Assembly: GCA_964199315.1 (NCBI GenBank)
Contig: OZ116701.1
Coordinates: forward strand, 8,370,001-8,434,000
Length of the DNA stretch: 64,000 bases
Reading direction: 5' to 3'
Source: Orbicella franksi
Lineage: Eukaryota
The position numbers were made by a program, and so were the translations under genes. Shown here piece by piece: positions 49,601-61,099 of this stretch. Numbering within the stretch: position 1 is the first letter of the stretch; each line of letters starts with the position of its first letter. The notes below the pieces were generated by a model, which worked only from the letters and a program-made list of their open reading frames with translations, searched no databases and was not told the origin of the DNA.

Positions 49601-52600
49601 GGTACATGAAGGTGTAAACATAATCTCTGACTTCCTGCATAAGGTTTGTGGTGATTCTGCTTCTTGCAGCATTGGTGAAATAATTCCCTTCCAAGAGCTG
49701 TGCGATGTACGGCCCATCTCTTCTAAATAACGACGTGGCAACATCCTCAACTTTAATACACTCTTCCGGGATGGCCGTTCTAGGAGGGTACACAAGGCAT
49801 TGTGGAAGATCATTTCCTAGCGGGTTTCCAACACAGATTCCATAAACTCGTTGGACGTTGTTTTCAGTCCGCTTCCTCTTTCTTTCATTTGACTTTCCGC
49901 GGTTTTCTTTTTTCCTTCTCCTTTTAAATAAATAAATAAATAAATATACATTTATATAGCGCCATTTTCCACTAATTGTCCATGGCGCTTTACAATACTT
50001 TAAAATTAAAATCCTAATTCTTTAAAAACCTAAAATCCTAAATCCTAAAAGTTAAAATCCTAAGAATTAAATACGCTATATAATACAATTAGGCTACAGA
50101 TAAAAAGTAAAAACTACAAATCAAATGCACGCTTAAAAAGATAAGTCTTAAGATTAGCCTTAAAAACTGCCTCTGATGATGAAAGTCTGATCTGGAGGGG
50201 TAGTTTATTCCAGAGCCTTGGTGCCGCCACGGAAAAAGCCCTTTCACCATACGTTTTAAGATTTGCTCTAGGCTCATCAAGCAACCTGTTGTTTGAAGAT
50301 CGTAGTGTCCGACCAGAAATGTTAAATCGCAGTAGGTCTCTAATGTAATCAGGGGCCAGTCCATTCAGAGCTTTGTTGATGTGCTGTTTGAGTATGCCCT
50401 TGAATATGCTGTTATCATTGCTCTTCTTATTTTCTAGTGCTTCCATGTCCTGCGTGACCTTCGTCAACTTAGCTTCTATACATTTGATCTGTTTTACATT
50501 AAAACTGTGGGCAAATTCTTCGCCCTGCCTTAAAGCAAGCCCATTGAACTGAAAGAGTGTGGAATCATGTTCCTTTACATCTTTCAATATGACATTCAAC
50601 TTTTCCATTATTGCTCTGTGCTCTTTGATGGAGAAGTTCAGCTTTCTTCCATCACTGGGCTTCAACTGATACCCTGGCATGGAAAACTCACTCGCCCTTT
50701 CCGAACAGCTATCCGCACTTAGAAAGATTGCTTCTTTTGCTTGTAAGATGTCAAACAGCCTGGATCGTTCAGCTGTAAACCTTTTCTTAAACGACTCGTC
50801 GCTTTCGCCATTATTGCGCATTTTGGAATTTTGCGCATTTGAAAAGCAGCAAGAGTGAGAAAGTAAAGGCAATTGTAAGACATTCATGCTTGCAGCAGAA
50901 GAGTCCTCTCAGAGCTGGCCAACCAACACTGAGACATGCCAGGACATTGACACAAAATGACAACAGGGCAAGTGCTGACAGCAGTGAAACGGATGAAAGT
51001 GACAATGATGAGTATGACAGTGATGCCATTGACTCTGGGGGAGAAGATGACTCAAGTGACGTCATTCTTGCATTCATCAATTCAGACGAGGAAGATGCCA
51101 ATGAGAGGCCAAATGCCACACGCTCAGGGCGAACCATAACTAGGAGATCCGAAATTGACTTCTCTGTCTTTTGATTTGTTTTTAAAACAACAGCTCTCTG
51201 TAGTATAGGGATTGTAAATGTTGTCTTCATAGTGAGCACAATAACGTGAAGTAGGGGGATAATAGAGAAATATTAAAAAAGTTGAAATTTAAATACTGTT
51301 TGTTCAATTTTTTTTTTGGGGGGGGGGTCATCCCAAAAAATGACCGCTATAAGGGGGGGGGCCATATGAAAAAATTGGTAAGCTGAGGGGGGTCATGCGA
51401 TTTTTAAATGGTGCATCCCAAATCCCACCAGCCCCCCCTCCCTCATAAAAAATGAACGGTCCCTTAACTCGCGTGATTCCAGATCGAGCGGTCTGGCTTG
51501 GAGCCCGGCCAAGGTCATTGCGTTGTGTTCTTGAGAAAGACACTTTTCTCTCAAAGTGCTCTTTTCAACCTAGGTGTAGAATTAATTACCACTGGATACC
51601 GACGAATGTGATGCCTGAGGTAACCCTGCGATTAATCATTGCATCTCATCTAGTAGGAAATAGAAATACTCCTAGAGGTTTCTTGTCATGAAAACTGAAG
51701 TGGTAAAACCTCCGGCGCTACGGACTACTTCCCCCGACGCAGGCTCTAGCTTACTTTTATCTAATGTGAACATGAAGAATTTCATAACAAAACTTACTCA
51801 AGTGGAAAGAACGAAGAAACACTCTCAGCGTTTCTTTGGCGAGACATTCGAGACTGCATGCCAATCAACGGTTACTAAATGTAACCAAATCATGGCTCCA
51901 TTTGATTTTATACAGGTAAAACCGTCCTCCAAATTGGATCCTTGCCTTTCACAGATAGCAGAAGTTGCAAGAAAGTTACAAAATTTTGTGATCGGGAAAG
52001 GCAATCGGCTGGATGAATATCTAAAGAGGGGTAACATCAGCCAAGCTGCAACACTAGCTCGATCGGTCCTAAAGTCGTCTAACGAGAAAACAGATTGTGG
52101 AAGAACACTGGACAACGATACAAAAACACTGGTACGTGCAATGATATCAGAAACAAAACTTTGACTTGATAACAGGAAAACTCATAATTCACACTTGGTA
52201 TTAAAAATTAGACCTTTACTTAAACAAAAAGTGAGCAACATGATTCAAATATTCATATTTTCATCGTAACAGACATATGAATTTCTCTAAAATCTTCTTT
52301 TTATATTTTCTTGGATAGATTTCGAACACATTGGTGGAGAAGTTCACTTCTATAACACCCACAGGCCTTCAAATGTCTCGAACGATCATGGCGGTGGTCA
52401 ACTTAGCAACTAGAAACCAACAAAATCAGAGCTGTGATAGCTGTAAGAATGCAATGGTGAGAATAATGGCAAGGACACTGGGAATAGCAATGGGTTAACA
52501 AACAATGAAACTAACAAAAGAAAGCAAAATAGATGTAAATAACAAACGGCATATACAGCTGGAAATCAGTTTTGTTGAAAAAAAAAAAAAAAAACTTTTA

Positions 52601-55600
52601 CTTAACGGTAATATAGTAATAGTAATAACTTATTTAATGTCGAAAATGTCGAAGTGTTTGCACAATCTTCCGAGCCAGAGGTTCATGTTAAAAACACTCT
52701 ACAACAAATAAATAGGATCTAAGAACTGATTACAAAAATGAGGTATTAAAACGCTGGAAAAAGACTTTAAATACTAATCCTTAACAGAGATTTTCAAGCA
52801 GGAGTTGCAAGTGCACCCTTTAAATTCCGCTATATCGCTAAAGCATTAACGAAAACGTGCAACGGTCTCACATTAATATTGTTTAACATAGTTCGGCACA
52901 GCGAATTTATATTAATGATTACTTTTTCCCACTAGAATTTAACATTGCAACTTACAGATAGCGCAACAAATTTACTGGTGTCAGCCCTTAACGACATGGA
53001 GGAACCTTTTTCTAGTGAGCTAGAGGAATCAGCTGCAAGTGTCACAGGGTGTCTCAATAATGTTCTTCAGTCGGCAGCAGGTGCAAGTCAAGCTAATGGC
53101 GACTCTTTGGAAAATCAGTCATCCTCAAAGGTAGAACGTCATAATCCAATTAACCGTAAAAGAAAAAGATGATTTGGTTTTCTTGGATCAGAAAATTGTA
53201 GGCATTCAATTGTTCAGCGTGTGGTTTCGCTATTTTTTCCAGTTAAGGTGGCTATCTGCAGTTTTTCCGAGGCTCAGTGGCGCATGCTACGATTGCCCTC
53301 CTAACGTCAGAATTAGTCGCACGTGCAAAAATGACGCAAGTAACCCCAAGAAAAAGCAAAAACCTCTTCAGATCTTAAAACGCGTTAAATCACTTTGGTA
53401 TACGTAGTGCAAACTGCTTTCAAACATTTAAGCCTAGGTACAATAAATTTGACAGAAAACGTTCGCTAAACAACCGGTAAAAGAGTTCTAATTCACTCTT
53501 GCTTTCTCGCATGGCGTCACATGAGCGCGCACAAAATAAAAGGCACGCGCAGTTCAATTCTCGTCCAAGAAAGAAAAAATTCGGAACGGGCAATCATAAA
53601 AAAGTCCAAATTTTGGCTTATGCGCATGCACCAAATTAAAATATTGTACATTCTCGTAGCTTATCGGGAAATTTATCTTTTTGGTCAAAAAAAAGGTTTT
53701 CAGCCAAACTACGGCCCGTTTAGCGTCATGGTAGCCTTAAGTTAAAAACGGCCTTTTTTGTGAAATTTTCGGTTTTAAAGGGTTAACTGCTGTACACCAA
53801 ACTCTTATAAAATAAACACCTCGGGTCCCTGTTAGTATATATCTTCACGAGTACAGATCAAACATAGAGCTTGATTTTCAAGTAATATATAAACATTCTC
53901 TTTCCGGACACATAACATCATATACCGAATGGTTGAACCTGGAACCTCTGTCACCCAGACGATCACATTATATAGCAATTGTGTCTTAAAAAACATTTTC
54001 CTAGAAATTATTGTCTTTAAATCGATACCTCGATCGTGCCAAAACAGAAATCAAGGCGATTCAACTTCTAAACTCTCTTTCTGTTCACAGTAACGTAGTT
54101 GAGAGATTGTTGAAACACATTTTACGGGGTGGAGACCACTTTAAATGGCAGCGTTGACTGCTTTCCTGTCAAACTGTCCCTCATTGAGCAAGTGGCTCTG
54201 ATCATGATGCACAGGTTTCCTTTAATTTCGCAAATCATAATAAGACACTGTACAGACAAAACTAATGTCTGCATAAAAACCAGTTTGTATCACGCTACTG
54301 GTTTTAGGGATGTGATCATTTCAACTGGCATATACCATCTTTCCGTAGCTATGCTGATGTGCCCACATTGCGTATATGTTACCCAGGAACGGTTTGAGTA
54401 TGTCCACAGACGTTAATTTGTCCTCCCCAGCCCCACCACCTTACGTTTTGGCTATGCTGATGTGCCCACATTGTATATTGCGTATCCGGCCACGCGCAGG
54501 GTTAATATTTTATGCTAGTCTGTGGACAGATCAAAACGGTGTCTCCGACTGTTTTTGGGTGGGTATTATCGACTTTTTTTCTCTGTTATTATTGTAGGAA
54601 AATGTGCAGAAAGCTTCAGAAAAACTGGACGCCATGAACCATGCATTTTTTGCCCGCCTGGTTCCGTCTGAAGTTCTTGTCATCAAAACACCGGAGTTGG
54701 CAGTCGCGTTAAAGAAGGTCTCCAGTGACTATATCAATGGACTCAACATGGAAGAAGGAACGTCAAGATTTAAGCTGCCAGGCAACCTAGGGCAAATGAG
54801 TGGCGGTAATATTAATGCAAAGGTGAGATGTTAAGGAACTTAGTCTGACTCCTAATGAAAAAACATAAAAGGCATTATTTTGTAACCCGTTTTCACATGG
54901 AACGGTACGGTACTACATGTTATGTATCATATACAGTATCGCATGTTGCATGGTTATGTCATGTTGTATGGCATCGTGTTGAATCGTACCATGCAATGTC
55001 AAGTGGCATTGCGCCGCATCGTACCTTTTCCTAACGTATTTTATAGTACCGTATTTCATATCCTCTCAATGAAGCGCAAAAGCCATAGAAAATTAATTGG
55101 ACCGAGATCTGAACAAAAAGATACCAATAAGGTAGCAAAAAGAAAAAGCCATAAAGCTACAACACTTAAGGCTCTTTCATTGATGTCCACTGTTCTGTGC
55201 TCAGCTTTACTTCAGCAACACAAATAGTACAATAAAAGACGTAATATTTCTCCAAATTCTGAAGTTATCTGCAGGCATATAAAACATAACCTTCCATGTC
55301 TTTTCAGATGAGAGCTATTCATTTCAATCCGTTCACCTGGGACAATAGCAGCAAGAAGGTCAAATCAAGTGTGACCAGCCTGGATCTTCAAAGCGTCAAT
55401 GGGACAAAGATAAACGTGACTAACCTTGATAATTACATTGAGATAGTCATTCCGCTTTCGAGGCGTCCAACAAACACCAGCAATGGAACTGAACATTATT
55501 TTTTGAAGCCTAACAGAATGTCCATCCGTAGTTATTACGCAGAATTAGCAGATGTCCCCGTTGCTATTAGAATCGGTGTGCAGGCAGAAGGTACAGTTAT

Positions 55601-58600
55601 TAAATTGTTTGTTAAATTTGGATCAAGACCTACGATCGAAGATTCTGATCACAACTTTACTATTCTGTTCACGTCAACATGTAGAAATCTTTCAGATTAT
55701 CAGCAAAGCAAATCAACATCCTGTCCTCTTGAAGAACGTTCTGTCACAATAGTACCTTCTGAGCCAAGTCTCCTTTACGCCGGTCTGTTGTTTCGAGAAG
55801 CTAACAACGCCACCGAGCATGCTAGGAAAAGACGGTCATGTTTCGGTCATGGTCGTGAAAGACGTTCATGCGTTGGTGTCAAGGATCCACCTCCTAAAGG
55901 AATCACGAAATTAGATGTTCCACGGTATGATCCATTGACAGATGTCAACTACACCTTCAGTATTACCCAATCAAGTTGTCTGTATTGGTCTGAAGACAAA
56001 GAAAAGTGGACCTCCGATGGTTGCAAGGTAAATTATTATACTGTTTCTATTTAATGGTCATCTCATGAATCTTTCTTAGTCTCCTAAGCTACTCTGTGGC
56101 CCGAAAATTATAATAGACCTATTTATAGGAGTATGTCCTGTGACTTTCTCAACCAAAATAAGTTGCACTGAGACCAAATTGATTAGGAAAATGAAAAAAA
56201 AAAAAGCAACAAAAACAGCATGGTGTTACAAGTTTACTAATTTTACGCGGTTCTTGATATTACCATGTAATTTTTTTTTTCGTGATTACAAGTTTGTATT
56301 TTTGTGCTCACACTTTGAATATCGTTTAGTGTCATATTATATTACATCACTATTAACAGGAAGCTATCTCATCCTGTAATGTAATCTATCCCCATCCCTT
56401 ATTATGAGATGATTTCTAAAGTTTTGAAATCGCATGCTTGGGTTGAAACTGAAACGTACGAGCAAATAACCTCCGCCCTAGATTATCAGGCGGTAAATAA
56501 TTTTGGGAGATAATAGCCTCGAACACGCACGGTAACTGTATCATTATATCGTAAGTCTTGCTGCTGATAATGATTGCGTTTCTCGTAGGTTGCATCCAGC
56601 TCAAACACAACTCATCTTAAATGCTTGTGCAATCATTTGACTTCCTTTGGTGGAAACTTCATTCAGGCCCCGAATCCTATTGACTTTGACAAGGTTTTCC
56701 TTGAGTTTACGAGGCTTGGTGAAAGTGGCAATATTTCAGTACTTGTGACAGTTGCAAGTGGTTTCCTTTTTTATTTTGTTGTACTAATATTCGCGAGAAG
56801 GGCGGACAAGAGGGATAAAAATAAGGTTTGTATAGCCTTAACGGTGATATTATTTTTTTCCTACCCGGGGAAAAGTTCTCATTCAGTACACATGTACCTT
56901 TTTCGGGCACAGAATTTCTTAATTTTTTAAGCCTTAAAGGCAGCCTGGCCTAATCACATATATAATCGTCAAAAGAGGACGTGTGGAAACAAGAATGGCA
57001 CGATCGCGACGACCCGGTTAAACCCTGCCGAGAATAGCTACTTACTGCAAATAAGCACACAAAGGATTAACTAGGTAACAAATTTTTCATATTTGTTGTA
57101 GATTTGCCCTCCAAGGAGAGTAAGTGTTGTCCAAGAAGGTACTTACTTCTACGACATGGTTATAAGCACAGGCGTCTGGAAAAATTCAGGAACAACGGCC
57201 AACGTTACAATCAGCATTGAGGGCGAAATGGATGAGCTAAAACTGATTCCACTTCGAAGTAAATGGGAAACAAGTGAAATATTTGCTCGGGGAAGTATCG
57301 ATGGATTTGTCTTAGTTACAAACAGATCTCTGGGAAGTTTAACGCAAATAGGTTTGGAACATGACAACTCAGGTGATAACCCTTCTTGGTTTGTAGAGAC
57401 AGTAGTAATAAGAGACAGGCAGACTGAGGAAAGGTGGGTGTTCCCTTTAAATCGATGGCTTGCGTTGGAAAAAGATGATGGGGAAATAGAAGTTACCGTG
57501 GGCAGTGAGGGTGCTTCATCCTTTCCAGATCAGGTACGTTCCCGTTTTGGAAGAAAAATCGCCGACAGTCACCTGTGGATGTCAGTGTTTGGTAAAGCAT
57601 GCTGCAGTACTTTCACTCGAGTACAGAGAGCTTCGTGTTGTCTCACAGTTCTATTTAGTGCCATGATTGCTAATGCTATGTTTTATAACATTGGTGGCGA
57701 ATCAGAAGGAGCTATACAAGTTGGACCCTTCAAGTTTTCTTGGAGACAGGTTGTCGTTGGAGTGCAAAGTGGACTTATAACTGCACCAGTAAACATCTTG
57801 ATTGCTTTCCTATTTAAGTCTAGTGGACCCAGAAGAAGAAAGGGAGGCAAATACAAAGAATATTACCAGGCGCAACAACTTGTAGATGAAATGAGGGATA
57901 CCGGTTGCATATTGCCTCATCTCTGTGTACTCATCGCTTGGTTTCTATGCTTCAGTACAACTCTAACAGCTGCAGCGTTCACTGTATTTTATAGCTTAAT
58001 GTGGGGCAAAGAAGTTGCTGAGCAATGGCTTGCTTCCATTTTGATCTCATCATGTCAGGACATTTTTGTTGTACAACCAACAAAGGTTTTGTTAGCTGTT
58101 GTTATAGTTTCATTGCTCATGATCAGAAACAAAGACAACAATGAAGATTCACATGCGAAAATTGATGGAGTTTATAGATACGAGAGTGACATTGATTTTC
58201 TCAGTGATGATCCTAAAGCACGCTTTAAACGAGATAAGCTGGAAACGATACGTAAGCGAAGAAAAAAGGAGGCCCAATTGGCAGTAGTGATGAGAGACAT
58301 TGTTTTTCATTTAACATTTGTATTTTTCCTAGCAATCGTGTGTTACGGAAACAAGAATGACAATCGTTTCCTGATGACAAGGACATTGATAGATCCATTC
58401 ACGAATTTTGACCTGGTAGGCACTGATACGGTACAAATGTGATATATCAAGATGTTAATCATATAGTATTTTTGAGGCAACAGGTCAACCCTATTCAGAA
58501 CATCCGTGGGGTTTCGTTTCTATATTTTCAGATGTAGGTTCCTTTTGTAGAATAGGTTCCTTTTCATTGTTTGTGATTTATTTCGAGTCCGCCTTTTCAT

Positions 58601-61085
58601 TTTAAAGAAAGTTGTTGTTGTTTCCGGATGTGTTGGAAAATAAAGAAACCCAAGGCGCGATAACGGATCCTGAGCGGCGGTCATTCTCAAATCATTGGGT
58701 AAAGTTGGAGAACTATAGGAAACGTTTTTGGATGTATTATATACCCTTTGAGGGTACATTACAAAGGATCTTAAAGGAAAATGCAAAAAAGCTGTTCTGA
58801 ACAGGGCTACTAAAGAACTACAAACTGTAGTGGTCTCGCGACAAATCAAAAAAGGGAAAGTACATCAAATTGTTTTTTTGCAAAAAGCACCTGAAAGCAT
58901 GTAAGCAAAGAAAACATATACGTTTACACATCAACAATAACTCCAGTCTTATTTTCATCAATTTTAGGTAACTGACTCAAACAGTTTGTGGGGATGGTTA
59001 AGACAAGAGTTCCTGCCCAATATTTACAGCCGCGAGTGGTATAATGGATTTAACGATAATAAAGACGTGTATACCGCCAACGAGAATTCCATACTGATCG
59101 GCATGCCTTCGATGCGACAGTTGAGAATCAAAAGGAGTAAGGAGTATTTCAAAATGAATCTTTAAAACCACGCCAACTCTTAACTGAGTTAAAAACTCAA
59201 GTAATGATTGTCTTTTCCCAATTTCAACCATAATTACGACGGCAAACAATGAGCTGAGAACCCTTAAAAAATAAATTAAAAAGGTTTGAAACTGTGGGCC
59301 GAAGTCTACCAACCACAGACTACAGAAATGGCCTTGTAAACCCACTCAAGTGAGCTTTGCCTAAGAGGTGAGCTGAGATGATCGATTTCAGCGGAAATCG
59401 AAGTCGTTGGCTGAAATTCAAATTAGGAGTTTGGAGCTGAGTTTATGTCATTCGTTTTAACTCTATGCATGATCCGTTTTAACAGTGAGTGCACTGAAGG
59501 GGTAAATGGGAATTATAAATGGGATTTGCCTATTCACTTATTAAACAAGTACTACCAGATGTTGAGTTATAACAATCTACTAATACATATTTCTTATAAA
59601 CGTTCTTGTAAAGGATCCTGTCAATCAGGACCTAAAGTTATCGCAGACTGCTACTATGGATATTCCAGTAAAGACGAGGACACCACCTTGCTAAGTCTTC
59701 CGGGTTGGAAGCCAATTCCCCAAAATACTTCATGGCCTAAATCTCTACTAATGTGCCCGAAACCGTGGCGTTATCAAACAGCCGAGGAATTAAACAATGG
59801 CCCAATAAAGGCCACTTACAACATATACGGAGGGGGTGGTTACGTTGTTATCATGGGTTACAAGGAAGACACTGCTCTTGGTGTATTAAGCGAGACCCTG
59901 GGCCATGGATGGGTTGATCGACGGACCAGAGCGGTTATTCTAGAATTTGCCGTGTTTAACGTGAATACAAACTTGATCAGCATAGCAACTTATTTTTACG
60001 AAGCCTTCTCTACTGGTGTTGCCTATACAGCAACCAAGGTTGATACTCTTGAGTTGTACAGCACAGAGTCCGGAGCTCTGATGTTCTATCTCATTTGTCA
60101 GTTCCTGTTTATTGCCATGGTACTTTTTAACTTAATCGCGATGGTAATCCGCCTGCGCCGACAACGCCTTATATTTTTTAAGTCTGTCTGGAATATGGTT
60201 GATCTCTTCATGGTTGTATCATCATTAACGTCAGTGGCGTTTTACATGATTAGATCAAAGAGTGTTTTGAAGACCATCAACGCCATCCAGGCCAATCCCT
60301 ATGAAATTATACATTTCCACTCAGCATTAGACTGGGCAAGCTGGGAAAATGCCTCAATCGCCGTCGCCATATTTACTGTGACACTGAAGCTTTTGAATCT
60401 TATCCGTTTTAACCCTTATGTAATTTACTTGTTTTCCTCTTTCCGTCAGTCCGTAGGCTACCAACTCTCTTTTGTAGTTTCCTTCTTTATCATATTTAAT
60501 GCATTTGTTATCACAGGAATGCAGTTTTTCGGCAGAACCGTCTACGTGTACTCTAGTTTCTTGCAAGCAGTCATTTCCCAGTTTGAATTCCTGTTAGGAA
60601 GAGCTGTTCCTCTCGATGACCTTCGTAACGAAAATCGATTTATTGGACCTGCATTCGCCTTCATGTACATGTTATTTATGACTATAGTACTTTTGAATAT
60701 GTTGGTTTCTGTTCTGAATGAGTCGTACACTGACGCCAAGACACACGCAGAGGAATGTGCGGAAGAGCTTGAAATGGCACGATTCATTGGTGAACGATTC
60801 ATGGACATTTTCCAAGGAAGAAAAACGCGAGCTGAGTGCAAGCTATTTTGTGACGACACGACGTTTGTTAACATGTGCAGTTCTGATGCAGAACCGTTTT
60901 GTCTAAATTCCCAAACTATCTTTCAAAGCACGGAAGAAAGATTGGAAAAATTGGAGAAAAGGCTATCTGTTCTTGCCCGACGCACAGAAAACGTGGATAT
61001 TGATCATTTAAAGGAAGAAGCTGAGTTTATTTACATCCTTAGCTTTATTATGAACTCCTCAAAGAGCGAGACAACTCATCTCTAA
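42126..61085 (+). CDS. Gene C: polycystin-1-like protein with 2 D8C + truncated EGF + 4 EGF-Ca ectodomain (first coding exon uncertain)
   Basis: Exons: 42126-42497 (D8C), 43279-43665 (D8C), 44142-44222, 44824-44946, 45457-45579, 45780-45905, 46783-46911, 47271-47973, 48386-48962, 51916-52131, 52319-52456, 52936-53130, 54598-54822, 55308-56027, 56589-56825, 57102-58415, 58968-59136, 59614-61085. Total 7307 nt, plus 1 nt from a phase-1 upstream exon, which is in frame to the TAA at 61083-61085. GPS is [11 protein letters not shown]. Confidence 0.92.
44142..46911 (+). CDS. Gene C EGF exons (one 4-Cys truncated unit plus four EGF-Ca)
   Basis: Phase 1-1 exons of 81, 123, 123, 126 and 129 nt. The last ([18 protein letters not shown]...CEPL) closely matches the last EGF of gene B ([18 protein letters not shown]...CEPL). 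Confidence 0.88.
45001..45063. repeat. T-rich / (TTG)n microsatellite
   Basis: Direct reading. Confidence 0.85.
45975..46195 (+). mobile_element. tRNA-derived SINE copy (degenerate)
   Basis: TTGGTGAGATGGTTAG (A-box-like), GGTTGGATCCC (B-box-like), TTGTGTTCTTTG...ACAGTGCCTCTCCCCACCCAAGTGTATAAATGAGTACC; same family as 32851-33143. Confidence 0.7.
49476..50821 (-). pseudogene. Transposon-borne orphan ORF (about 298 aa reconstructed) interrupted by the LINE
   Basis: 50821-50372 (150 codons, MRNNGES...KQHINK) joins in frame to 49922-49476 ([18 protein letters not shown]...[14 protein letters not shown]) if the LINE and an AAA duplication are removed. Confidence 0.6.
49926..50371 (-). mobile_element. 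5'-truncated L2/CR1-group LINE 3' end nested in the DNA transposon
   Basis: Encodes [14 protein letters not shown]...RTLRSS...[24 protein letters not shown]...FK..LKTYLF, a typical L2/CR1-group ORF2 C-terminus. The 3' UTR contains TGTAAAGCGCC...GGCGCTATATAAAT and an (ATTT)5 tail. Confidence 0.85.
50839..51174 (+). pseudogene. Acidic C-terminal remnant of a second transposon gene
   Basis: No ATG start. Asp/Glu/Ser-rich tract followed by [18 protein letters not shown]. It lies inside the TIR element, on the opposite strand from the orphan ORF. Confidence 0.4.
54348..54473. repeat. 23-bp direct repeat pair
   Basis: GCTATGCTGATGTGCCCACATTG at 54348-54370 and 54451-54473. Confidence 0.85.
54895..55030. 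repeat. Low-complexity degenerate pentamer tract (TGTTA/CATGT/GTATC-like)
   Basis: Direct reading; it produces the spurious ORF 54922-55227. Confidence 0.5.
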
Positions 61086-61099
61086 AGAAGTCTAGATAC

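Larger units (their letters stand above)
49162..51463. mobile_element. Non-autonomous DNA transposon, 47-bp TIRs, TTA target-site duplication (PIF/Harbinger- or Zator-type signature)
   Basis: TIR GGGACCGTTCATTTTTTATGAGG[T/G]AGGGGGGGCTGGTGGGATTTGGG matches 46/47 between the ends. TTA at 49159-49161 and 51464-51466. Subterminal GGGGGGCCAT repeats. No DDE transposase is visible. Confidence 0.85.
49138..51730 (+). mobile_element. tRNA-derived SINE split in two (49138-49161 and 51464-51730) by a DNA transposon
   Basis: Removing 49162-51463 and one TTA gives GGTGGCCTGCTGGTTAACTCGCGTGATTCCAGATCGAGCGGTCTGG...TTGTGTTCTTGAGAAAGACAC, colinear with the other SINE copies. Confidence 0.75.

Noticed and set aside
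50114-50887. 257-aa ORF as a genuine single gene or a reverse transcriptase
   Set aside because: It is a chimera: the transposon orphan ORF N-half fused in frame to the last 86 or so residues of a LINE ORF2. No RT catalytic motifs are present.
51688-51915. N-terminal extension of ORF 51688-52164
   Set aside because: SINE tail and intron sequence upstream of the acceptor at 51916; there is no counterpart in A or B.
53154-53786. piggyBac-like MITE (right end AAAGGG|TTAA at 53777-53786)
   Set aside because: No convincing matching left TIR; TTAA|CCGTAAAAG matches poorly.
59445-59613. N-terminal extension of the 546-aa ORF
   Set aside because: Intronic; the phase-1 acceptor at 59614 matches the paralogs.
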